Assembly: GCA_045837725.1 (NCBI GenBank)
Contig: JBEWZL010000061.1
Span: forward strand, 1 to 64,000
Reading direction: 5' to 3'
From: Vermamoeba vermiformis
Lineage: Eukaryota
DNA length: 64,000 nucleotides
Within the stretch, counting starts at the first letter, position 1. The number at the start of each line of letters is the position of its first letter. The notes under the pieces are model-generated. The model searched no databases. It saw only the letters and a list, made by a program, of their open reading frames with translations, and was not told the origin of the DNA. The position numbers and the translations under genes are program-made. Shown piece by piece: positions 13,156 to 24,158 of the stretch.

Positions 13156-14240
13156 ATGACAGAAGTAGAGCCCTTAGAAAAAATATTATTAAATCCTTTG
13201 GAGCTCTTAGACTCTTTGGCGCCTATGTCAACCGAGCAGAAAGGCAACACTCCTCGCCCTCAAAAATCCGAGATGCTCTTTGTAAACGGAATGAAATTTG
13301 TGCAGCATAAGAAATACGACGAAGCGTTCAAGAAGCTTATGGAGGCAGTCAAGGAAGGAGAGAAAGACGTGGCGACAGAAGGAGGAGATGAGAAAAAAAA
13401 GAAGGAAGGATTAGCTGTTTCACTTTGCGGCTTAGGATTTTTATGCGCCACTAAAAACGAGTTACAAAAGGCTGAAGTATGCTATGTAAGAGCCCTTGGC
13501 ATTTGGCAAGCTATTCTCGGCAAAGGAAACTCTAAACTTATGCGACTTTATGTTGACATCGGCCAAATCTTTGAACGTGAAGCAAAATACGAGAAGGCGT
13601 CCAAGTATTATGAAAAGGCACGCAAACTTTTAATTAAGACGAAGAAGGGCAAGGGCGAATCGACAACTGTTGAGGATGATCCTGAAGTTCTTTCTTTGGC
13701 TTGCGCCGTTGCTAACGTGCTCGTTTTGGAGAAGAAATTCGGTAAGCATGCTATTACAATAGATATAAATACGTGGCGAATATTATTTGATTTAATATCA
13801 GTTGGATTTTTTGGCTGAATTTATTTTTAAATCTGACTTGTCTAGCAATCTAATTTTGTGTCAAATTTAATGCTTCAACTTGATCGCCCACATTTATTTT
13901 ATCGAATTTATTCGAGTATTTATTGATATGATGAGGTTCTTAAGCCCGAAAGTAATAAGATTTTTTTTCGCCAGTCAATTTTCTTTGATCAAGCTAATTA
14001 AATTTATTTTAAATAGAGGAGGCTGAGAAAAGCTTCAGCCACGCGATCTCTGTATTGAAGAGCTCAAATCACCCCTTTGAATTGCAAGCACGCAAATTAT
14101 ACACTCACTTGTTGAAAGCTCAAAACCGAGATGCGGATGCCAAGACCAACGACGCTCGAATCAAAGAATTAGAAGAGAAATTCTCTCCTAAGGACGTCGA
14201 AGAGAAATTGAAGAACACCAACATCTCAGAACAGAAATAG
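13156..14240 (+). CDS. TPR-repeat protein; exons 13156-13741 and 14018-14240
   Basis: Kinesin-light-chain-like TPR patterns (AVSLCGLGFL..AEVCYVRALGIW; YVDIGQIF..AKYEKASKYYEKA) and one GT-AG intron. Confidence 0.85.
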
Positions 14241-14726
14241 AGTTATTTATATTTATCATAATTTACCCCCGCCCTTCAAAATTTTTTCAACTTATATTTT
14301 TATTATTTATTATTATTTGCAGTTTGTATCTTCCGAAGAGAGGACAAATAGCACAATAATAACTCAAAACCTATTATAATACTATAATAACTGTTTTAAT
14401 ACGGTTTTTAACTGATAGAGCTGTATTTTAACAACAATCAAACCTTGTTTAAAAACAATACCTTGTTCAAATTGTAAAACAACGATAAATGAATGTAGAT
14501 CACTAATACAAGCGTAATTTAATTTTATTGAACAGATCCGCTTCGTACAAACTTTATTGTCTTAATTGGAATGTAATTCTCTTTCAGCCAAAGTATACTT
14601 CGTTTTAGCCATATTAAGATTTTTAATGCCCAATCTCTAGCAATTCAATTGTAATTTCATTGCTTTTCTGTGACCAGATCTGCGGCGAGTAATATAGTAA
14701 TAAATTTTGTTATTTTAATTGATACG

Positions 14727-15542
14727 ATGACCACAGAGGAACGAAAACCAAAATTTGCGTTAGTAGCGCAAGTACCAGATGAAGACGATGCTGAAGAAGA
14801 TGAAGGAGAAGAGGATGAGGCTGAGCAGGAGATAGATTCGCCCTTGAGCTTACGTCCACCTCCTCAAGCCAAAATTACCGAGGGTGAGGAAGAAGAAGAC
14901 GAAAGTGACGATTTAGCGTTGCCTAAAGAACCTACATCCACTGCCACAACGAGCAATAATAACACTCAACCAAATCCGACTGCTGACAGCAAAAACGACG
15001 AGAAAAAATATGAAAATTATGTTAATACTATTACACAAACCAAAGGACAGCAGGCACAAGCTGGACCATCACCTAACACGTAAGATACTATTTTTTGCTA
15101 TTTAATTCATTTCTAATTTGCGTTTATTGTCTAGGCCTTTAGAAAAGAAAATATGTACGTAATATATTATATTGTAATTTCAAGTTATTTCTAATTGTCA
15201 TCGTTATTCAGATGAGCTGAATGATTCTCTCCGAAAGCATTTGGCCAAGAAAATTACCAATTTATACGAGTCAACGAACAAAGAGTTACTTCAAACATCT
15301 ACAGTATTAAATCGCACCTTAACAACGACTCGAGTAAGTAGAACAAATCCGTTTGGAAATTTCGGATCAATTGGAACTTTTGTAGCGTGGCTGGGACATT
15401 AATTCTATGTATTTTCGGTATTCGTATACTTTAGATAACTAATATTTGCGATCTATAGGACATTTGGGACAATGTAAACAAACTTAACGGTAACATTGCA
15501 AATCTGACCCAAAAGCTCGAAACTTTGCGCGTTCCTATTTAG
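14727..15542 (+). CDS. BLOC-1 subunit 3-like protein (acidic N-terminus, coiled-coil C-terminus)
   Basis: VAQVPDEDDAEEDE, acidic low-complexity region, then spliced helical LEKKIYDELNDSLRKHLAKKITNLYESTNKEL..LTQKLETL. Architecture recalls BLOC1S3. Confidence 0.55.
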
Positions 15543-15869
15543 ATTGTAACATTATACTTGTAATAAATAGCTTCTATTTTACCCTTCTACACCAGCGCTA
15601 CGCCGTGTACCGTTTGCGGCGGATCGTACCACATTTTTCAGGTAGATCTGGCGCTTATATTTAAAGAATAAAATTACTACTAATTATTGAGACACAACAC
15701 AGGTTTTTCTTTTCTATTCAACCAATTTTTGGCCTTTGTGTTTCGCTACAGATTAAAATCTAGAATTGATTGGTTTCAAGGCATTTGACATTTGTATTTC
15801 ATTGAATGACAACAAGAGCTGTAATATAATAGCGAGTAAACACATGTATATGCCAACTTAATTATAGCT

Positions 15870-18536
15870 ATGCAAAAAGAGAAGATACTTTCCGAAAAGA
15901 AGGGTATGGTATTTTTAAAAGATTACGAGTATCTTTCGCATCAACCTACCGTTTTTTTTTTAAACGATCGAAATATAAAGATAATTATATGCAATGATAT
16001 TATTCATTTTTTCGTAATTAACAAGACTTTACTGCAATAGAAATTGTGGTTTGCTTTTCTGGGTTCCCGGATGACGTAAAGAAACAGCTAGCCGAAAGTG
16101 TATATAGTTTATATGGCAAGGTTAAATGGGACGTGGGCATAGACGCCGATATTACACACGTGGTACGTTTTTGTAATTGCGATCTGACTGGGATTCGGAA
16201 TTAAATTCGAGTATTTGCCAACAATTCGCCATAATAATTGCATCATTATCATCGAAAAAGATACAATATTAAATTTGAAGATACACCGGAAGTTTTGGAG
16301 ATTACGCAACTAGTTGTTAATTCCAATTTTGCCGTTAATCTCGAGCGCGGGAGATTAATTATTTCCTTATTAGGTCACGAAGCCCAGTTGTCGTACAATG
16401 AAGACATTAGCAGCTGGCGTCACGTGTAAATGGCTTGTCTCATTGGACTGGATAATTGACAGTGCTAGATCTGGGTACTTTTTGCCTGAAATTGGGTACG
16501 CAGACGATCCGCCAATGCAACATGATTATATTAAGCTTAATATGACCGCGGGATATTTTTGAGCGGTCATTGCGATTTGCATAATTTTTCTATGTTTTTG
16601 CTGCTTTTGGCAGAGATTTTGCAACGAGCGAATCTTTTCGTAATCTTTTTGTACCGTAATTACAAGATTGACATACTTACACTAAATCTTTATAGATACG
16701 GTATCCGTAATAGTGAGTGGTTGTTCCATAAGAAGAAGTTCTTTATATCACCAAAATTCAGAGCAAAATACAAAAAATATCGGATGCGATGCTGTTACAC
16801 ACTGATTAAGGTACTAGTCTTTATTTATTTTCCATTTATGATACTAATATGATGTATAGCTCGGTGGAGGGCAGCTCGTTAATACTACAAAGCACGCTGA
16901 TTATGTTTTGGTCACTACAAAAGAAAGTTGTTCGCCGCATTGGTTTTTAACGGCGAATACGAGCAACAAAGCTGAAATTTTGGTGTGGGGCACATTTATT
17001 AATCTAATAGCACCTAAAGAGATCGTTAGGGTAAGAAAAAATTTTGATTCAGTCATTTGTTTATTCGGATCTGCTCCGTCGAAAAAGTATACGCTTACTA
17101 ATTGTTTTTTTCTATTTTTAGTCGCCTAATCCACTAATAGAGAAGTGCTTGCAAGTAGTATCGCAAAATCCGAGTCAAATAGGTGCAGATAAGATTAGTT
17201 CTCGGTTATCGTTGGATCTCAAGGAGAAAATTTTGGAGTATTTAGCGGAGACGCAAACATTGAACCCGCGTAATATGCAATTCTTCTTGGATTCTAGATT
17301 AACCGAGGTTAATCTTCAAGAATGCGTTGTGACTCAAGCGGTAAGATCACATCTAGCTTAACAATACTACTGCTTTAAAGAGAATTGAAATTTAATGCGT
17401 TTGCTAGGCTTGAATTGTTATTACCGTTTCAAAATAGCTATATTTGGCGAAATTTTATTCGAAATCTTAATTTTTTGGCGTTTTGTGGTTTGGATCCCGA
17501 TCTAATATTCTTATTAATTACCTTTATAGAGCTTGGACTCGATAAAAGTATGCACGAATTTAAAGTCATTGGACATATCAGGCATTAAGTCCGAAGAAGA
17601 CATAAGTGAATTAGCGTTGATCAAGCTGATCCAAAAACTACCGAATCTGAGTTGCTTAAAGATGAACAAATGGCGCATAACCGATATGATGTTATCGCGG
17701 CTCTCTAAAAAGGAAAATTTGACGCATTTGGAGATCAGCCAATGCAATCGATTGTCAGCTGGCGCGATCTTGGATTTTATCAACGATGTTCAGAATTTGC
17801 GGTCATTAGCAATCGCTGATATTCCGACGGTATGTGGTCGAACTATAATATAATTATATTACGGAGAAATACGGCTGATTCATTGAAATCGAACGCGATC
17901 TACAACAAAGTGTCAATGAAATTCTTATGTTAATTTGATTCATTATGCCGTATTTGTATAATTACTATACAATATAGTTCTCATTATACTGTATACCTTT
18001 TCAATGGGCAAAGAGTTTTTGGATCTGATCTGATTCTTTTTTTCAGGTTAACGATAAGGTAGTTTGCGCCTTGGCAGATAAATGCGGAGAAAATCTTATA
18101 GCACTAGATATTTCTAAGAACGAAGGAATATCAGATCAGAGCATCATCAAATTGGCGAGCAAATGCAGCAATTTGATCGAGTTGAAAGTCAAGCGAACAG
18201 CGGTGTCCTTCACTGCAATTTTGATGTTAATAGAGGCCTGTCCGAACCTAAAAGTAAGTATTCAACATCAATAGTGCTTAGAGTGAATGAGATCCGTTGT
18301 GTAACGGGAAGATCCGATCGCGTAGCTCAGATCTCACTTGGCAATCCATCTATTTCAAAAATACGTTCTAATCTTGCTATTATTATTAGCACCTCGACGT
18401 TTACAACTGCAAAGACTTCGTACCTAAGGCTCTGCGGCAACTTAAAGACAAATTTCCGCATCTGAAACTGACGCACACGAAGTACATCAAAACGTTGAAT
18501 TTTATTAGCGGAAATGGTTCCGAGGACTCTTTGTAA
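15870..18536 (+). CDS. Tandem BRCT + AMN1/FBXL-type LRR protein, multi-exon
   Basis: BRCT motifs VVCFSGF, RTMKTLAA..WLVSLDWIIDS..GYFLPE, LGGGQLV. Cys-containing LRRs (CTNLKSLDISG, LTHLEISQCNRLS, CSNLIELKV). Confidence 0.8.
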
Positions 18537-18792
18537 ATAATATATAATATATAAATAGGTTAATATGGCGGCGCAATCCAAATTTTGTACAGAAATGTTA
18601 CCATAATAAACAGAAGACTAATTAAAAGTAGTTTTGCAAGCTCCAGGTTCTTGATTTATTAATTCATTGTGCTTGCATAGTAACGATTGTTGGTTGATGA
18701 AAACTCAGGAGACGGAAATTCTAGAATGCGGGGTGCCCCGCAAAAAAATTTGTCGGCACTACTTTCTACTCAATGTTCCCAAAGCTACAACA

Positions 18793-20505
18793 ATGAAGAG
18801 CTTGTGGATTTTATTGCCGATTCTGGTCAGCTTCTTAATCTACAACTTGGTTGGACGCGATCCTCCTTTTGGCTTGCGCTCGCGATCTTGGACTCCGCCA
18901 CCTTACTCTCATAATACTACTGATAAAATTCAAAATATATTGGCTACCAGTAAACTCTATTTTGAAGGTACGGCATGAGTATCGCAATACAAATTGAAAA
19001 ACTTTTCAGTATCTTTATTGAAAGGTTCATTAAATATGAATAATATTGATTTGCAATTTTTTAACCATGATTTATGTAGGAAAAATTCAGCAACCGGAAG
19101 CGATCGCATTTAATAGCAAAGGCGAAATTTTTTGCTCATCTGTCACGGGATTCATCCATAAAGTGGACTTAGAAAAAGGAAAAGATGAAGCGTGGCTATT
19201 CGTAGGTGGTCGCCCTCTCGATTTAGCATTTGACAAGGATGATAATCTTTATATTTGCGTTTCTACAATCGGTCTCCTGAAAGTAGATGCCAAAACTAAA
19301 GACGTCACAATCTTGTCATCTTACGCTGAAGAAGGAGGCGCTATTAGATACGCTAATGTAAGTTGATCGAGGTCATTTATAAGACTACCGCCTATTTTAA
19401 GACCTTGCCTTTAAATTCTTTTCTGATCTTGCAACCTCATCTAAACAATCTTATGAAGGGCCTTGCTATCGCGTCCAATGGCGATATTTACTTCTCCGAT
19501 AGCTCTCATATCCCTCCGTATCAAAGAATTGGCCCGTCAGCGACTCGATTTGATACGTACATGGCTGCCGTCTCAACTGTGGTTTCAACTTCCGCTACTG
19601 GCAGGTATGTTGCTAAATCATCTTTCCGGTCGAACTTTCGCCCAAACGTAGAGGGCGACAGCCTTAACCGTTTTAATGCCTTTTTGTATTATGGCTGATC
19701 AATTTCTCGTCTCCTTGTGGCGGTCCAATTGAGCTCTCATTTGTTTTGTTGCAGATTGTTAAAGTGGGACGCTAAAACAAAGAAAACTTCCGTTGTACTC
19801 GGCGGACTGGTGTTTGCCAACGGAGTCGCATTGTCAAAGAACGAGTATGTATTTTTGAAGCAATGTTCGTGTAGTCAGATCTCATCGCTGACCTCCTTGT
19901 CATTCTAGGGACTTCGTCGTGGTTTGCGAGAGCGGAGGTTACAAAGTATGGCGTGTGTGGCTCAAGGGCCCTAAGGGTACGTTATCTCATTGCTATATCA
20001 TTTCCTAAATTGGACTCGTTTTTGAACTATTCGATCTGCAGCTGGCGTAACAGAATCGTTCATCGACGGATTGTTCGGTCACCCTGATAATATTAAGGCC
20101 ACTAAGGACGGGTAAGTACGGCTTCTGCCTGAGTAGAATTAAATTCCGTACCGATTTCCTTATTTGGAAATGATCCAATTTTATCGTTTAACTCCTTACT
20201 TGGATAGTTTTTGGCTCGCCATTGATTCTCCTCGTCTCAAGCTCCTCGATGCCATCCATCCCTATCCTATTTTGAAAGACATGATGTTGCGAGTTTCAGA
20301 ATCCGTCTTTGGCTTGATCAAAGGCCCTGAGATCGCCGATATTCTTAAGCTTGACGAAGACGGTAAAATTGTCGCTCATTTGCACGATGATTCGGGCAAG
20401 TTGTCGCACCTCACTTCTGCCATCGAGAAAGACAACAAACTTTATTTGGGAACAGTTGTCAATCGCTACATTGGTGTATTTGACTTGTCTTCCCTTAAAA
20501 AGTAG
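18793..20505 (+). CDS. Strictosidine synthase-like / APMAP-like beta-propeller, multi-exon
   Basis: N-terminal hydrophobic anchor; QPEAIAF, GGRPLDLAFD, GDIYFSDSS, GRLLKWD, GLVFANGVALS, GHPDNI, KLYLGTV. Confidence 0.93.
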
Positions 20506-21041
20506 TTGAATTGCAATCGTTAGTCAAATAAACGCGGTTTTTTACTGTTTACCTGAGAATTAAAAGCTTTTCTGTCAACTCAACTTTAATTAATCTACGC
20601 GAGTATAATTGACCGTGTAGTGCCAATATCTTTTGCAAACGTGCATGAATGGCGCTATAATAAGCGTCCCAGCGGTTTCTGATTCGGTTTTTCGGCGGAT
20701 CTGGCTGAGATTTCCAGATTCAGTTCGCTGTTTTGCTTGATTCGCCTTGATTTTGGAAAAGATTCCTTAAGCTTACTTTGCAATAGCATAATTACGGATC
20801 CAGCACCACAATCAAGGGTAATCAGTCTTCGAAGATTGCCATCTAATTCGTCCTTGCAATAAAATTCAGGTACAAAACGGAGACCGACGCTTCTACCATG
20901 TTCTTATACTCGCATCAGAGATTAATATCGAATTTTGCAGCTCTTAACCTTCGGGATACGGAACAAAGCAAGAAAAACCGTGTCCACAAACAAAACTACA
21001 AAATTTTGTTTATACAACACCACTAACTACCCGTCATAACA

Positions 21042-21774
21042 ATGGAAACCCTCAATTACTTTGGCGACAACCATCACTTGGGCTTTCCTCGCCGAAAAGA
21101 ATGGAAACTGAAACGGAGATCGGATTCGGAAGAATCTCAGGTATGAAACTTGACTTTTATGCCACAAATTAGCCTTGCAAAAGCAAAACCGTAACGGGTT
21201 GTGGCTAGACAGCATATTCCGACCTTTAGGAATAATTTATATAGAATTCTCTCAAGATTAATTTTCGATATTTAATTTGTCAAAAAGACGGATTAACATC
21301 CGGAAAAATAATCCATTCGAAACCCAAATCAGTCAATGGAATTATATTCTTCTGGATATCTAAGACACTTTCTAACGTAATCTCTGCACAGACTCGCCTT
21401 CTTGTCGAAATTCACCCACATCCGACTCGTACAAGTCAAATTCCCTTTGATATGCCTCATATCACCCTGACCGTCGCTTCGGACGTAACCATCCACGATC
21501 TACAACGATACATGATGGACCGAGTCCTAGACGATTGCGACGGTTTCGATCTAGGTTCATTTTTAATTCCTGAATCGCTCTGCTTTATTGCGGATGCGAA
21601 AAGTCGACCCTATAGCCAAGCATTACCTATTGAAGCTACCCTAGAGATGGTTCATAGTGCGGTATGTCATATAAATTAAATTGATTCACATGTGTCAATC
21701 AGTTAATTAATTTTTTTTTCGATTGCCAGTTCGGTCAAAACCGCGGTGTGATCCGGCTCTACTACCATTTCTAA
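21042..21774 (+). CDS. Small ubiquitin-fold (RAWUL/ATG12-like) protein; three exons
   Basis: Spliced product ..HITLTVASDVTIHDLQRYM..LPIEATLEMV..GVIRLYYHF*, a beta-grasp-like pattern. Confidence 0.5.
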
Positions 21775-22148
21775 CGCTGCTATCAGCAAACCTTGTTAAT
21801 ATTGTACAAAAACCTCTTATTTAATTTAATAAATGTATAGTGCGAATGATTTTTCATATCACAAAATCTGTTTTGAATTTGATTTGCAACATACTGCGGG
21901 CTGGAGCATCTTCGCTGCATTCCTATAATGAATCTTGATGTAGATAATCATATTTATTCTTTTAACGGTAATCAGGTTGGCACTAGCTGCGCGTTGTCGG
22001 CAAAATGATTCCTCATCATCAATTCCGTCAGTCGCTGAACTCATCCAACGTTACCTGCTTTATCAATTTTCTATTCACAGTATTTAGAATTGATTTTTTC
22101 GTGTTGCAACAATTCTACGACCAAATCAGTACGAGGATCTAAAGAAAC

Positions 22149-22437
22149 GAAAGTCAAACAAAGTCAACGAGAGACTCTGCTTGTCGAAACCTAGCGAAGT
22201 AACCAATATTCTGTACTAAAATGTCGAAATATTCATAACGACTCCTCTTAAAGAAACTAACATTAGAACTAGTAAAAGGTTGGATCCCAACCTGAACCAA
22301 TGTAACTAACCACGTGCTTCTTACGTTGAATCTAATATTCCTAACTCGGAATTAGCAGCACGTAGAATAGATACGACAGTGCTGAATAGAAGTATGTTAG
22401 TAAACCCTGTAGGCTGGCACTATCGTTCGCACTTACA
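22149..22437 (-). repeat. Diverged duplicate of the last intron, last exon and 3' flank of the Cet1-like gene (other copy about 23962-24269)
   Basis: Colinear shared blocks aaagtcaaacaaagtcaacg, cgaagtaac.aatattct, cgactcctcttaaaga, tgcttcttac, gctgaatag, tgttagtaaa, atcgttc..acttaca. Confidence 0.85.
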
Positions 22438-23257
22438 CGCAATGCGACTAAGAATCGGATTTAGCTTAGAGATTTCAACTCGGCAAATTAACCCGTAGAA
22501 ATGAAGGCGAAAGTTAGTGTCGGCAATGCAATGACATTTGCATCGAAAAACCGGCTCGTGATTCCGGAGCACCCGAAGAGATCCGCTCTAATTGTTCCTG
22601 TTATGATCGGATATGTACCTCAGTAATCGAGTTCTGATCCTTCCAAGAAATCGATTTTGCTAGTGCATTGTGCGCCGTTCAAACCAACTTGGTTTGACTT
22701 TCATGCTTTCCGGTGCCTTCCGTTGTCGCTTTACTTGCAAGGGCATCCTAATGAACTCACAGATCTGTACTCTGAACTCCTGTTAACCTTTCATATAGGT
22801 GTACAAAAGGTCGGTAAGCTCGGGAAGTGGAAACGAACTTAGCTCTACAACAATCCGCTCATCCTTCCAACTGGGTCAAGATGCTTACACTAACGAGCAG
22901 CGCATGGGATATATGACACCATAACTGCATATTGACACTTCTACTGAAGTATAGCGCTGTTCCTAGAATTGGATCTGATTCCGATTTCACACGAATTCGT
23001 TACACGCCGCGCTTGGTGAGCACATCGGATTATTTTCTTAGTCCCACGTTGGTCAAACCTATTAGAGTACATTTCTCAGAACTCCACAACATTCCGACTC
23101 GTTCTGAAGTGCCATCCGATCCAAATTTGGAAAAATATCTCAGATTTTTCGTACTGATGAGCTCATGGGCAACTATTTAAGGCTAGCCTCCAAAGTGGTG
23201 ACTATTATTCGTTCAACAACCGAACTAACAACCACACACCTACCTCATCAACTAACA

Positions 23258-23800
23258 ATGGCTCTTGCATTACGTAAAGCTGTCGCTGACTGCGAAGCCG
23301 GCAGTGGATTGAAAAACTTCACCAAAGAGTTGCAGGCAGTTAGCCCCAAGATGGTCGGCACCCTTGACTATCGAATCCATTAAGGCTTTGACTGTAAGTC
23401 CACTAAACACTCGATCCAACTTTCAAAAACAAATTCTTAGAACTTTATTTACGAATAGGGCAAGATCAACTGGACTAGCAAAGAAGAATTAGACGCTCCT
23501 ATTGCCGTCTTGAAGTACTTCACCAAGGGTTGGAATTGCATCTTTGTCGTCTCAAAGGCCCTTGCGAAGATCGCCAACAATCCTATCGGCAAGGAAGCTG
23601 TTCAAGAAGAGATCGAGAAGGTGGTTGTCCACGTGGCTCAAGACGACGCTAAAAAGTCCGGTTACACCTACAAGCTTGAGAAGAACGGCAAAGAGCTCCA
23701 CGTGACCCTTGGTAGTGACTGGGCCTCGCAGGCCAAGGACATGAACAGCTCTTGCCCCGGAGAGGACGACTTGGCTAAAATGATTGAAGCTATGTTGTAA
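23258..23800 (+). pseudogene. Small two-exon hypothetical gene with an apparent +1 frameshift in exon 1
   Basis: ATG 23258; in-frame TAA at 23381 precedes the GTAAGT donor at 23394. Exon 2 (23459-23800) is phase 0, and removing 1 nt near 23360-23373 restores a continuous ORF. Confidence 0.6.
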
Positions 23801-24158
23801 ACTGCGAGTTACACCTGTACTGCCGTTTATGTAGCTGCGAGTAATTCGGACAGATCCGACAACAATAAAGTCAACTTTTGATTAATGAGCTCACCTGCTT
23901 TTTCAACAAAATGTCGGTTTCTTTTCCGCGTGTAGCCTAGAATCCACGTAGCGCTAGATCAAAAAGTCAAACAAAGTCAACGGAAGCGCAGATCGAAGCC
24001 CAACGAAGTAACAAATATTCTATTTAAAGAAGATCGTAGACATACTCATAATTCGACTCCTCTTAAAGAGAAACTAAGGTTAGAACTGTAAAAGGATCCG
24101 GTAAACTTAAAAAATTAAACTAGCAACGACATGCTTCTTACTATTGCTTCTAATCTGT

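Noticed and set aside
13925-13992. Possible intronic C/D snoRNA (ATGATGA in the long TPR intron)
   Set aside because: No proper CTGA D box at the expected position.
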